This document shows, piece after piece, positions 40,540 to 53,989 of a stretch of 64,000 nucleotides of DNA (position 1 is its first letter; every line of letters starts with the position of its first letter). The stretch spans positions 64,542,001 to 64,606,000 of the forward strand of contig OX597814.1 of assembly GCA_951406725.2 (NCBI GenBank). Direction: 5' to 3'. Position numbers and translations under genes: made by a program. The notes beneath the pieces were generated by a model. It was not told the DNA's origin and made no database searches. It saw only the letters and a list, made by a program, of their open reading frames with translations. The DNA is from Octopus vulgaris (Eukaryota).

Positions 40540-42500
40540 GCAGCAGCAACCAACAGCAGAAACAACAATAACAGGAAATATAATAACCACCATATCGACG
40601 AATTTCTACCATAGCCAACCAATCACACCACCAACATAAGCAATGTATTCATAAACATTTCCATATCCTTCCCATTTCGCCTATCACACCAGATATCTTC
40701 ATCTGCACATTCGCTTCGGCCTCCAGAAACCCACCACCACCACCAACAACAACAAAAACAACAACACAACAGCAACAACAACAGCATCCACAAGAACAGG
40801 CAAACCGACAGCATTAACATCAACAGCACTAACTCATTCGTAGGTGTAACAAAGTTTTCAGAAGCAAGCTCCCTTGGAAGGGAAACAGAGGAACGTGGAC
40901 GACACAGAAAAGCTCTTCAATAGATGAGAAAGCGTCAACTTCCTTCAGAACAGATAGAAAGGACACCCAGAAGATTTGTTTTAGACCGTAGTGTTTCTAT
41001 TAAAAATCGATTGGTTTTAAATGGTGCACACACACACGTCTTGGAAAATGATTAAAGGGGTTATGGGCTGACAAGGATTTTGTAACTCGAAGTAGGCAAA
41101 ATAGCTGTGTGGAAAGGAAACTTTTCGCAGAAAGCTGGCACAAATTGAAAAAGTGTAAACGCGAGGAATTACTTTTCTTCACTTACTTTATCCGGTGTGT
41201 AATAAAGATTTTAAAAATCAGACATATCACTACAATTAGACATTTTGCGGATGATGGAACTTGTAGTAATCGAAGGTCCGTAGAACCTGCTTGATATAAA
41301 AAAAATATCAAAAAGAAAATTGGGTCCGGAACTGGGTCAGAAAATCCGCTAGCACTAGACAAGATTCTTGATCTTATTAAGCTGTTGAACGGGCAACAAC
41401 TCCAAAATATCGCAGAGGTCAGAAAATTTAGGTGCCAATCTTGCCGGAGCAACTCTGCGCAAAACAAGAGTGAGCTGGAGGGAAGGCTACACTGCTACCA
41501 AAACCACTGAAACAACTAAACCAGCAGCAGTAGCAAATAGAAATCAACAGTTACAGCAAAAACATAACTACTAATTACAATATCAGCAGCGGTAATAACA
41601 GCTGTTGCAACTATCCCAAAAAGCAGGAGCTAGAGCGAAAATCTACCACAGCTAGAACAACTATATCACAAACAGTGTCAGCAGAGATGTAAAGTGCAAG
41701 CCAAGAATCAGTTAATCTGCTGGCCATGGAAGTCACTCCTTTGAAGGTCCAACAACTCAAATAATCAATTACACGATTCTGACTTCTTGGATACAGAAAC
41801 TGTAGCATGCAACAAGAAGAATATGAATTCATCACATATGATGTGCGTCGAGCAAAAAAAAAATGCAAATCAAAAATATGCCGCTCTTTGTTAAAGCCAA
41901 ATGACAAGACGAAAATGAAAGAAAAATCTATCTTTAAACTATCTACCACCATCACCAACATCAACACTACCACCAGAAGAAATACCACAACAAAAAGCTA
42001 GCTATTCACAAATAAAACCACAACTATATTCACAAAAGAAAACATTAAACCAATAACAAATACATAACCAACAGCAATAAACCACAGAACAAACAATAAC
42101 AAATGCAGCCAAGTACACAAACTGAACTCCTAATAAGCTTCATAGTTGTTTGCAAGAGTAACAGTGACCTGATGCAGGGGTTAATAGAAAACAAAAATAT
42201 TGCCACAGTAAAGAAGGGCTTAGACGAACCCCTGCCGACTCAGCAAGACCACACTATTAATCCAAGCAGATGCGAACGCTTACCTCAAACGTAAAAAAAT
42301 ATTTTACCGATATCGAAAATTTTCCCTGAAAGCAGGACAAAAGAACCTTAGGAAGATTCTTCTTTACAACATTCTTCGGTCATTTTACGTCGAGAAAGGT
42401 TTCTCTTCCCTCCAAAATAGTAGAGGCCAACAGCCACCAGATGGGTCAGGTACTATAGTTCCAGGTCACAAAAGCCTTTTAAGTCATTTTCGCCGAAGCT
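40540..42500 (+). pseudogene. possible decayed LINE ORF1-like sequence
   Basis: A/C-rich plus strand with scattered peptide-like remnants; no diagnostic motif intact. Confidence 0.2.
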
Positions 42501-42540
42501 TACCGCGCAGAATATTGTAAACATGTGTGTGTGTGGTTGG

Positions 42541-42664
<124 letters not shown>

Positions 42665-43332
42665 ACATTCATACATATATGAATATGTAGCAGTTAAGCC
42701 TGGTTTCACCCTGTCGGTTTGGATGATGTGGCTGTAGAACCTGCTCTGCGTAAGCATTCGGCTTGTTTGGGCACGCTTACGTTTAAAAACAATTTTAGAA
42801 TGGTTTTTTCTGTCAAAACGCTAAAAATAACTGACCCCACCCACCCACCCCAAAAAATAAACAACCAACATTCAACTAAACCTAAATACTAAGCGAACAA
42901 AGATGAACCATCCCACTTCCATTGCACGCGCACACGCACACGCACGCATACACACAAACACAACACACGCACTCACACACACACATTCACATACCCCTTT
43001 TACATACACACACATATATTCTCACAGAGTCGAAACGCTGTATGATTTATTCTTTCAGCGTATAATTTTCATCATCCCACTACCAAGTATGACATCACCC
43101 TTCCTTCCTTATTCATCTATCCCCCGTTCCTTTCTCATTCATAAACAAAATAGTATTACTATAGTAGATTATCTTGGTAACCATGGGAGCTATGAAATAA
43201 ATACAAAGCCCAGCATTACCATCGGATCATTCTACACATCTGTGTAATTTTTCGCGCAATTCCACCCATCCGTTTGACCTTGAGTCCGAAACAAGAAAGA
43301 AATGCCCATGTCAAATTTATGCGCGCGCGCGC

Positions 43333-43401
<69 letters not shown>

Positions 43402-44035
43402 CATACAGACATACATATGTACACACATGTGCGTGTGTGTGCGTGCTTTTGTGCGTGAAGGAACAGCAGCAAATTACAAGATTATACAGGTAGATTTCCA
43501 GTTACTTTGGAACAAATACAGATATATTTGTCGGTAAATATAAAGGTTCAGAGGTAGAGATATATGTCACTTATCATTCGCCTTGGGTTATATCTCTTCT
43601 TCAGAAATATATAATATTTCTTTATTCTTTTTGCTTGTTTTCATCATTTCAGCTTGAATTAGGAATTTAAAGTAATTCGCTTTCTTCCGGGTTAAGAAAT
43701 ATTCGATCGCAAAGGAAACCACATTGTCATAAGTTTATTTTCTAATGCTAAGAAATTATATGAATATATACACATATATACATACACACATACATAAATA
43801 TATGCATAACTACATACATACAGATGCATACACACACACACAATTTGCTTTAATATACGTAAAATTTTCATTCAAATGCAAAACTAATTTTTTTCTAATT
43901 TTCATATTAAGTATTCAAAAATTACAGAAATTTCTTTTAATGATTCAAAAAGAATCCCCTTTTATCAAATTTCATTTGAAAATTAGAATGCATACCCTCA
44001 TAGTCTACATTCGACACACACACATACACAAATAG

Positions 44036-44067
<32 letters not shown>

Positions 44068-44107
44068 AAACACATACACAAAAATATCACGCACAAAGTT
44101 ACACACA

Positions 44108-44154
<47 letters not shown>

Positions 44155-44471
44155 ATATATATATATATATATGTATACATGTACATATATACATATATGT
44201 ATGTATATAATATATACATAAATATGTATATTTATATTTTAGGTGTGTGTGTGTGTTTATATATATAGATATACATATACCTTTACACCCTCATAGTTGT
44301 ATATGTAGTTATCTGTGTGTGTGCATGTATTTATATATATATATTTTTCTTTTTTCATGCATTTCTTTGTTACGTCCCTTTTTGTGTTACATTTTTTTTT
44401 CTTGCTCGTTTTACCCCTCTGCGAGGTTATTTTATTTTAATTCTCTCGTAGGAAAGCTTAGCATGACCAGA

Positions 44472-44555
44472 CATGTCCTGTCTTGCCTTCGAAACACGCT
44501 ATGTTTGCTAGTGACAGCTGATGAAGGGAATTTTTCCTTGTGTAGCATGTCCTGT
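44472..44555 (+). ncRNA. permuted (type II order) hammerhead candidate
   Basis: CCTTC-GAAAC-ACGCTAT-GTT-TGCTAGTGACAG-CTGATGA-AGGG, bracketed by CATGTCCTGT direct repeats; helix I weak. Confidence 0.45.
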
Positions 44556-44819
44556 ACCTCGTTTTTCTGCTGTACATAATGTTTTTCCCGTTTTCGTTTT
44601 CGTCCTGTTCCACGTCTCTGTCCTTCTGTTGTAACCAAATGGCTTTTCCGTTTTCGTTTCTGTTGATTTTTACGTCTTTTTGTGGTGTCCTGTACGTATA
44701 TATATATTTATATATGCATGTATATATACATGTAGATGTCGGTACGTACATATATGTTTGTATGTATGCATATATTTTATTTATTACACTATATATATAC
44801 ATATATATTACGGCAAATA

Positions 44820-45015
44820 CAATATCATTACGTATCCCACGTCTGTTTACATTCCTCTACTTCATTCTGTATTTCATATCTTACCTTAAACATTCACACG
44901 CACCGTCTCTGATGAAGGGATAGATAAAATATCCCGGAGACAGTTATAAGACCTTCTCTTTATAAATGATCTGAAAACTATTCACAACCTTGGATTTTGT
45001 TTTATCTCATTCTGT
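44820..45015 (+). mobile_element. Penelope-type pLTR fragment with hammerhead motif (44905-44952)
   Basis: GTCT-CTGATGA-AGGGATA..TATCCCG-GAGAC-AGTT-ATA-AGAC; homologous to 20205-20400(-). Confidence 0.75.
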
Positions 45016-45437
45016 TAATTTATATATATATATCAATCTCTATACAGCATTAATGGTCAATTTATTAATATTCTTTGTTCCTGTGGCTGGTGCGTCTTGA
45101 TCAACAAATGGCAATTGAGAACAGTTCCATATGAGAAGGGGAGATAAACTCAAGAATCGAGAATTTCTCCAAAGTTGACATGTTACGTATGTATACACAC
45201 AGGCATGCGCGCGCACACACGCACATGCACAAACACACATAAGCACGCATACATAAATACATATATATGTGTGTATGTGTGTGTGTTTGTGTGAGAGAGG
45301 GAGAGAGAGGGAGAAAGAGTATACAATCAGGGAAACGACCGTTTTGGAATGAAATTTTCTCATTTTGTGTAAGCGATTTAGTTGCTCAGTTTCTCAAAAA
45401 CACGTGTTATGGGATAATACGTATATGTGTGTGTTTG

Positions 45438-45506
<69 letters not shown>

Positions 45507-46617
45507 ATGTATGTATGTATGTATGTATGTATGTATGTATGTATGTATGTATAGATGCATATATTAACGCATATATGTGCATATTTGTGTATATGCGTAC
45601 ACACACAGACAGACACATAAACACACACCATAATTCGAATATGACAATAGATGTAAAAACATCACTGACAGTTTAATATATCTCAATATATGTGAATATA
45701 TATGCAAGGGTGTATTTGTATGCATGCATGCATATGTGTATGTAAATAATTTATTAGGACACATTCATCCCAAAGTACATTTATTACAGCAGAATGCTTA
45801 ACTAGAAAGAAACTTCTTATCTGTCTTTTATCGTGAGTGCAATATCATAAATATTATTAGAATGGCACTCTCACGGCTGATATGTGCCACGCGCCTACAG
45901 ATTTTCTCGCCCTTGTATACCATGTAGCTAATGAGGCGTTCACAAATAGCGAATGTCACACATGCATCTGCATATACCTCACTCCCCTTCCTTGCATATA
46001 TGCATATGTTTATATGCATATGTTAATATACAATCATATATCATATATAAGGTGAGCTTTATACAAAAAAAATCAGACATTTTCTTTTGTTTCTTTTTAT
46101 TTTATCTTCTTTTGTTTTGTCAGCTGGTGAAAAATATGACTATCAGGTGTAGATACGTATTAAGCAACACAATATGTTGCTGTACAGTGGCGTATACCGA
46201 TCATTGTAATGACGACTGTAACAGTTTCAACAAGCAGACAGCTAACGCTTTCCTGTTTCTACGCAGGAGTGTCTAAATATGTACTCTTTGCTATCCAGTC
46301 AAGAGTTGATGGATCAATTCGTTGTTATTTTTACTCTACGCACCCTTATTTCTATATTCCTTAGTCTTTCTAAAACATAATTTCTTGTTAACGAATAAGG
46401 GTGTGCGTGTGTATGCATACATATATATACAAACTTACATGCATACATACAGACATGCATTCGTACATACACACATTCATGCATACATACATACGTACAT
46501 ACTCACATATATATACATATATGTGTGTGTGTGTACAGAAATATATTCATATACCTAATAAATATCATATATAAATATTCGTTAGTTATATATATGTGCG
46601 TGTGTGTTTATTATATA

Positions 46618-46839
46618 CACGAGGAGTGCTGAAAAGTTCCGGGCTTTGGGTAAAAGAAAATAAAGGCGGATCAGTTAATTATGAATTTATTCAAAATATT
46701 CTCCTCTCTGATTCACACTTATTGCAGCGCCCCATCAGTTTTTCAAAGCTCTGTAAAAGAGCTATGAAGTTTGGGACTCCAACCAGCCAGACCTTTTGCG
46801 ATACCCTTACAGCCAGGAACGTTTCAGCACACCCTCATA
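46618..46839 (-). mobile_element. mariner-derived MITE, both TIRs
   Basis: CGAGGAGTGCTGAAAAGTTCCGGGCT..AGCCAGGAACGTTTCAGCACACCCTCATA; interior minus strand gives an RCNKC..RGEYFE* mariner C-terminus remnant. Confidence 0.85.
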
Positions 46840-46865
46840 CATATCTATTACACACACACACACAC

Positions 46866-46913
<48 letters not shown>

Positions 46914-46918
46914 CCCCC

Positions 46919-46962
<44 letters not shown>

Positions 46963-46965
46963 AGT

Positions 46966-47325
46966 GGGGTGCAGGCGACTGTGTAGTAAGACATTTGCTT
47001 TCCAACGACATGGTTCTGGGTTCATTCCCACTGCGTGTCACCTTCTATAGTCGTCTTCGATGTGACCAAAGGCTTTGTGTGTCGTAGCTGGAAACTGAAA
47101 CAAACATGTCGTATGTGTGTGTGTATGTGTGTTTCTGTGTGTGAGTGTTCTTCCACACCACTCTAAAACCTGTGTTGGTGTATTTACGTCTCCGGAACAT
47201 AGCCGCCCGGCAGAAGACACCGGTAGAACATGTACCACATTTTAAAAAATGTGCTGGTTTCGATTCATTCAACTAAAATCATTCAAGGCCTCAGCATAGC
47301 CACAGTCCAGTAACCGAAACAAGTC
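46966..47325 (+). mobile_element. SINE family A full copy
   Basis: Head + (TG)n + tail. Confidence 0.8.
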
Positions 47326-47362
47326 AGATATTATAGAGAATAGATGAATAGCTATTATATAT

Positions 47363-47612
47363 TACGAGTTGATATCAAAATTTCTTCTTACTAGTTATGT
47401 TAACTAAAAAATATCTTATTTTTCTAAGTTTCAGTATCATCTTCGAAATAGTTATTTTGTGCAGCAATGCACTGGTCTCAGCGTTCCTGCCACTTTTGGA
47501 TCCGGCCTGGATGTAGTTTACATAAGCGAGGACCTTCTGCATTTCGCTCTGGATCTCGACAATTGTGTTAAAACGGCGACGTTTGAGGTGCATTTTCATC
47601 TTGGGGAAGAGA
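47363..47612 (-). pseudogene. mariner transposase 3' fragment with TIR
   Basis: LFPKMKMHLKRRRFNTIVEIQSEMQKVL..QKWQER*DQCIAAQNNYFED; end TACGAG. Confidence 0.8.
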
Positions 47613-47731
47613 ATAAGTACTTGGCTTACAAAGAATAAGTCCTGGGGTCGATTTCTTCGACTAAAAGGCGGTGCTCCAGCATGGCCACAGTCAAATGACT
47701 GAAACAAGTAAAAGAGTAAAAGGGTAAAGAG
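47612..47731 (+). mobile_element. SINE family A tail
   Basis: AATAAGTACTTGGCTTACAAAGAATAAGTCCTGGGGTCGA..CCAGCATGGCCACAGTCAAATGACTGAAACAAGTAAAAGAGTA. Confidence 0.9.
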
Positions 47732-47774
47732 TATATATATATATAATATTAGTTATATGTATTGTACGTTATGA

Positions 47775-48065
47775 AAAGAAGCGATTGGAATTTTTTTGTT
47801 ATTATTTATTCACCATTGTATGTGTTCCATTTGCTAAATAGGAGCTACAAAATTGTACATGGAATAGAAAACATGTAAGATATCCTCTTTTAGAAATTTT
47901 CCAGAAAGAGAGTCCAATAGTATTATATGATCCTCCATCTGAAGGATTTCCAATTGAAGATATGTTACATGTTCTCTACTCGATGTACAATTTTGTAACT
48001 CCTATTGGCAAATAAGCTGTAATAGTGATTAAGTAATACCAAAAAAGTTTTTCATTCTCGTTTTG
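47775..48065. mobile_element. decayed fold-back element
   Basis: AATAGGAGCTACAAAATTGTACAT..AACATGTAAGATATC versus GATATGTTACATGTT..ATGTACAATTTTGTAACTCCTATT; right arm CTGAAGGA..AAATAAGCTGTA. Confidence 0.7.
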
Positions 48066-48191
48066 ATATTATCATTTTACACAAAATATTTTCCAGTATT
48101 TTCAAATCTTAAGCATACCTTATGAATTCTAGTTGAAACATACCTTGGATTTTAACACTCTACATAATATATTAGATACTCTGTGTGTGTA

Positions 48192-48260
<69 letters not shown>

Positions 48261-48484
48261 GAGACAAAGAGAGTAAATATATAAGGTACAATATATGAAT
48301 TTAACTAATCCGGTGGTACTAACAAAAAACTCCTTTAGTGGACTAGGCTACACACCACATAGTAAACCAATACACACAGGTGTAATGTATGATCCTATGC
48401 AGTTGAAATTCAGTAAATCGAATGACTTTTTGCTTTCGTATGTATATATTGAGTTGAAGAACGGATTTAACCATGATATTCTGT

Positions 48485-48632
48485 GATCTGAAGAGCTAGC
48501 TTTCTTTACCTGTATTAATTTGTGAATTGTATGATACTACTATATAATTTATAAGATATACACTAATACAGATAATATTTTATATACTAAAATAAACTAT
48601 TTTTGCATGATGGCCGCGAAACGATCGTAATC
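48485..48632 (+). ncRNA. hammerhead candidate with intact core and ~120-nt helix II insert
   Basis: GAT-CTGAAGA-GC...GC-GAAAC-GATC-GTA|ATC; palindromic ACGATCGT helix III; only 2 bp of helix II evident. Confidence 0.6.
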
Positions 48633-49284
48633 TTATGGATATCATTAACTGGTGAAATAAAAAAATATTCATATCTGACTTTATATATACATACACACAC
48701 ACACACACACACACATACACACAGACACACACACATAAATATATTAAAAAGTTTATATATATTTGATATTATTTTAGGAAATACAAGCTTGCTATTGACT
48801 TCCTTTACTGCATGCGTAATAATGTGCAGTAAACTCTTTTGTACTCTTATCGGCTGTATTATTCTGAGATGTTCTTATAAAAAACTGCATATGAAATATA
48901 TGCCTGTTTTATTTGATCAGACCCCAGGACAAGATTTGGCTGATATTTTTAGCAAATGTAGCTACCATGTACAACTCATCCATTTTTACATTCATAAAAC
49001 AGTATGGTGTAATTTGAGAGAGATTTTGCATCTAAATACTATCAACTCTAGCATACAGTAAGTGGTCACACATAAATGTAAATGCTTATTTTCAAAAACA
49101 TTTAAATAACATTTAAATAAGTATTGTAATAAAAATACACGCCTGAAATATGACGAGAAAAGCGCACGTCTATAACATACACTAAAAAGAGCAGGTAAAT
49201 AACAGCTCTTAAAAGCTTGTAGGAAGTGCCTTGGCATGGCCGCAGTCTAACAGCTTATACAAGTATGAATAAGACAGGATAACA

Positions 49285-49515
49285 AACGATGGTTGTCAAG
49301 TTGTGGTGGGTGTCAAACAAAAGTGCAAAGACATACATACATAGATATATGTATATATGTAGGCTTCTGCCAGTTTCTGTCTACCAAAATCATGTACAAG
49401 GGTTTGGTGGGCCGAACGCCTTAGTAGAAGAAACATGCTCAAGGTGCCACGCAGTGGGAAAGAAACCCAGACCCATGTAGTTGCAAAACTTATTACCACA
49501 CCACCACGCATGCGC
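49285..49515 (-). mobile_element. SINE family A copy
   Basis: GGCTTCTGCCAGTTTCTGTCTACC..CAAGGTGCCACGCAGTGGGA. Confidence 0.8.
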
Positions 49516-49548
49516 CTATGTATATATACGTATATATATATATTTATA

Positions 49549-49600
<52 letters not shown>

Positions 49601-49605
<5 letters not shown>

Positions 49606-51305
49606 TACTATTTTATTCGTTGTTACTACGTTTATTCATACATTGTTACGAAAATTTAACCTTTTTAGGCTACTTTCAAGCCTTCGCCATAACTTGATTT
49701 ATCTTTCTATCTCTCTCTCTACAAAATTTAACCTTAGGCTAGGCTACCTCAAGCCGTAATCCCATCTCTTCCCATCTTTCAGCCATTGGCGGTCTTTTTC
49801 CTCCTCTTACCATTACGATTCTACAATTTAAATTCCCAATTCAACTTACTTTCTTCTTCAATTTCAACTCCCGATCGATGTCCGCAGCAAGTTCTTAAAA
49901 ATTTATCTTACTATTTTATTCGTTGTTACTACGTTTATTCATACATTGTTACGAAAATTTAACCTTTTTAGGTTACTTTCAAGCCTTCGCCATAACTTGA
50001 TTTATCTTTCTATCTCTCTCTCTACAAAATTTAACCTTAGGCTAGGCTACCTCAAGCCGTAATCCCATCTCTTCCCATCTTTCAGCCATTGGCGGTCTTT
50101 TTCCTCCTCTTACCATTACGATTCTACAATTTAAATTCCCAATTCAACTTACTTTCTTCTTCAATTTCAACTCCCGATCGATGTCCGCAGCAAGTTCTTA
50201 AAAATTTATCTTACTATTTTATTCGTTGTTACTACGTTTATTCATACATTGTTACGAAAATTTAACCTTTTTAGGCTACTTTCAAGCCTTCGCCATAACT
50301 TGATTTATCTTTCTATCTCTCTCTCTACAAAATTTAACCTTAGGCTAGGCTACCTCAAGCCGTAATCCCATCTCTTCCCATCTTTCAGCCATTGGCGGTC
50401 TTTTTCCTCCTCTTACCATTACGATTCTACAATTTAAATTCCCAATTCAACTTACTTTCTTCTTCAATTTCAACTCCCGATCGATGTCCGCAGCAAGTTC
50501 TTAAAAATTTATCTTACTATTTTATTCGTTGTTACTACGTTTATTCATACATTGTTACGAAAATTTAACCTTTTTAGGCTACTTTCAAGCCTTCGCCATA
50601 ACTTGATTTATCTTTCTATCTCTCTCTCTACAAAATTTAACCTTAGGCTAGGCTACCTCAAGCCGTAATCCCATCTCTTCCCATCTTTCAGCCATTGGCG
50701 GTCTTTTTCCTCCTCTTACCATTACGATTCTACAATTTAAATTCCCAATTCAACTTACTTTCTTCTTCAATTTCAACTCCCGATCGATGTCCGCAGCAAG
50801 TTCTTAAAAATTTATCTTACTATTTTATTCGTTGTTACTACGTTTATTCATACATTGTTACGAAAATTTAACCTTTTTAGGCTACTTTCAAGCCTTCGCC
50901 ATAACTTGATTTATCTTTCTATCTCTCTCTCTACAAAATTTAACCTTAGGCTAGGCTACCTCAAGCCGTAATCCCATCTCTTCCCATCTTTCAGCCATTG
51001 GCGGTCTTTTTCCTCCTCTTACCATTACGATTCTACAATTTAAATTCCCAATTCAACTTACTTTCTTCTTCAATTTCAACTCCCGATCGATGTCCGCAGC
51101 AAGTTCTTAAAAATTTATCTTACTATTTTATTCGTTGTTACTACGTTTATTCATACATTGTTACGAAAATTTAACCTTTTTAGGCTACTTTCAAGCCTTC
51201 GCCATAACTTGATTTATCTTTCTATCTCTCTCTCTACAAAATTTAACCTTAGGCTAGGCTACCTCAAGCCGTAATCCCATCTCTTCCCATCTTTCAGCCA
51301 TTGGC
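49601..51305. repeat. 303-bp tandem array, about 5.6 near-identical units
   Basis: TATCTTACTATTTTATTCG at 49601, 49904, 50207, 50510, 50813, 51116; one variant seen (~49973). Confidence 0.97.
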
Positions 51306-51324
51306 AGTGCGCCCGCCCCCCCAC

Positions 51325-51482
51325 CCCCACCACCAATACCGATGAACACTGTTCTCACCCCCACCACCAATACCGATGAACACTGTTCTCACTCCCACCA
51401 CCAATACCGGTGAACACTGTTCTCACCGCCAACACCACCAATACCGGTGAACACTGTTCCTCACCCCCCACCACCAATACCA
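51325..51482. repeat. ~35-bp minisatellite, about 4.5 copies
   Basis: CCACCACCAATACCGRTGAACACTGTTCTCA repeated. Confidence 0.92.
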
Positions 51483-51716
51483 GTATACCCTGTCCTCACC
51501 ATCTACACCGGATACGCCTTACTCATCTACACCGGGTACGCCCTACTCCCTCCTCCTCCCCCCACTACCCCTTCTCCTCATATGCTTTCACTGTGAAAAG
51601 ACAAGCTGCTAGCGCCATAGCTCATCAACTGCCCACCGATCTTACGCTTCCTCCTGACACTGCCTCATTCCGACTATCCCCTTTAGCACCCTCCCGCCTC
51701 GTAATATCCTACGTTT

Positions 51717-52072
51717 TTATTTCTTAGGAACCTACACCAACCCTTCCTGCCATCGTTCCTCCTTACCCCAACCTTCCCCACTGGTTGCTCCCCTATATTA
51801 CCCACCTCAACTGGACCCCCCTCCCCAACTCAACTCTAGAATATCTGTATTCTTTCCTCTACCTAATAACGTTACTCAGTGACGATAACGAATGTCTTTA
51901 TTTCTTAGGAACCTACACCAACCCTTCCTGCCATCGTTCCTCCTTACCCCAACCTTCCCCACTGGTTGCTCTCCTATATTACCCGCCTCAACTGGACCTC
52001 CCCCTCCCCAACTCAACTCTAGAATATCTGTATTTCTTTCCTCTACCTAATTACGTTACTCAGTGACGATAA
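51717..52072. repeat. 181-bp tandem duplication
   Basis: TTCTTAGGAACCTACACC..CAGTGACGATAA at 51721 and 51902. Confidence 0.95.
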
Positions 52073-52188
52073 ATGCTGTGACTACAAAGACCCGGGCTGC
52101 TTTCTGCAGCAATTCCACATACCCCCTACTCATTCTAAGTACCCCGGATCCCCAAAGTACCCTGGATCCCCAAAGTACCCCGGACCTC

Positions 52189-52454
52189 GTTGCCCCCGTG
52201 CCGCTGACACGTTAAAATGCTCGAACCGATCGTGACGATGCCGGACCCTCCGGCCCCTGTGCAGGTGGCACGTAAAAAGCACCCAATCCACTCACGGAGT
52301 GGTTGGCGTTAGGAAGGGCATCCAGCCGTAGAAACTCTGCCAGATTCAGACTGGAGCCTGGTGCGGCCCCTGGCTTCCCAGACCCGGTCAAACCGTCCAA
52401 CCCGTGCTAGCGCGGAAAGCGGACGTTAAACGATGATGATGATGATGATGATGA

Positions 52455-52457
<3 letters not shown>
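52189..52457 (+). mobile_element. SINE family C (RTE-related) 3' part with (GAT)n tail
   Basis: GGCACGTAAAAAGCACC..GGTTGGCGTTAGGAAGGGCATCCAGCCGTAGAAA..GGACGTTAAACGATGATGAT. Confidence 0.88.
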
Positions 52458-52548
<91 letters not shown>

Positions 52549-52580
52549 ATACATATATGTATATATACACGAATGGATAT

Positions 52581-52984
52581 AAGGTAAACAGAAAATAGAG
52601 AAATATTGATGAACAACAATTGACTAACAATAATTGTTACTTTTTAATTCAATACATATAGACTGTATCCCATCTAACAGCCATTTCTGCTTCCAATCGA
52701 AATTCTAAAAATAATTATCATAATATTTGGTAATACATCCGATCTGGAACTTGGAGCTTCATCAGAGTGAAGAAAAATACGTACAAAAATGTATGATGAA
52801 GCTCCATGTTCCAGATCGGATGTATTACCAACTATTATGATTATCATTTTTAGAATTTTCAATGCTAATACCATATAAAATTGGAAGCAGAAACAGCTGC
52901 TAAATGGGATACATTGCATTAAAAAGTAATAACTGATGTTAGTCAATTGTTGTTGATCAATATTTCTCCATTTTCTGTTTACTT
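52581..52984. mobile_element. fold-back element with divergent hammerhead motifs
   Basis: ~185-bp arms around a ~30-bp spacer; left (minus) CTGATGA-AGCTCCAA..TTGGAAGCA-GAAATGGCTGTT-AG; right ATGATGA-AGCTCCA..TTGGAAGCA-GAAACAGCTGCT. Confidence 0.88.
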
Positions 52985-53145
52985 TAAAATTGATTCCTGA
53001 TAAACTCATGTTTATCTTTGTCATTGCTTGTAACCTATGAGCATAAAATGCTTGCATGTCTATGTCCAGGGTTAATATAGGTATTAATACGGATAGTATA
53101 ACAGATATTTTTACCCCTTAGACGGTTATCCCAACTCTACTAACC

Positions 53146-53228
<83 letters not shown>

Positions 53229-53261
53229 TCATGCATATATGTATATGTATGTATATCTTCT

Positions 53262-53515
53262 TTACTTATGTCAGTCTGAGGACATGCTGTGACAACACCT
53301 TAAATTTTAGTAGTACGAATCGATTCAAATACTTATTTTTTAAAAACCTGGTACTTATATTATCGGGGATTTTTGCCGCACTGCTAAGTCATAAAAGCAT
53401 AAATACACCCACACCGGCTGTCAGTTGTTGGGCTTCTTTCAGTTTCTTTCTCGCAAATCCATGCACGCGGCTTTGGTCGGCTTGAGGCGACAGTGGAAGA
53501 CATTTGACCAACGTG
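53262..53515 (-). mobile_element. SINE family A copy
   Basis: Decayed tail and head motifs. Confidence 0.7.
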
Positions 53516-53847
53516 ACACACACATGCACGAACACACTCATCTGATTAAAACTGAGAGGCTTTCGCATGAATTTAAGAACAACGTGCTCCGCCGGGAACA
53601 GGAATCGAACCCATATTTCGGCATACATTTTACGTGTTCCACTCCTCACATCACCACCAAATCGGCCCTAATGTGATGAAAACGTCGAGATCAGTTATTA
53701 TTTCTCAGGCTTGATTTGTTCGAAACTGTCATTACATTTTGTGTCAAGCCAAGAAGTTAAAAAGCAAAATTTGTATCAGCCAATAAAAATTGAATACTAT
53801 CTGTTTCAAATTACTAACTACAGCTTTGCTGGTGCTAATCAGTTCAG

Positions 53848-53909
<62 letters not shown>

Positions 53910-53989
53910 GAGAGAGAGAGAGAGGGAGAGAAAAAGAAAGAGAATATACGGAGCTATATTGACATGTGTCCTTTGTCTTTCCCTAAGAT

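Noticed and set aside
49601-51305. 303-bp unit as coding repeat (multiple of 3), CRISPR array or retrozyme
   Set aside because: No long ORF in the track, no unique spacers and no CUGANGA box seen in the unit
51325-51482. CRISPR-like 35-bp repeats
   Set aside because: Contiguous tandem units with no spacers; eukaryotic context and no cas genes
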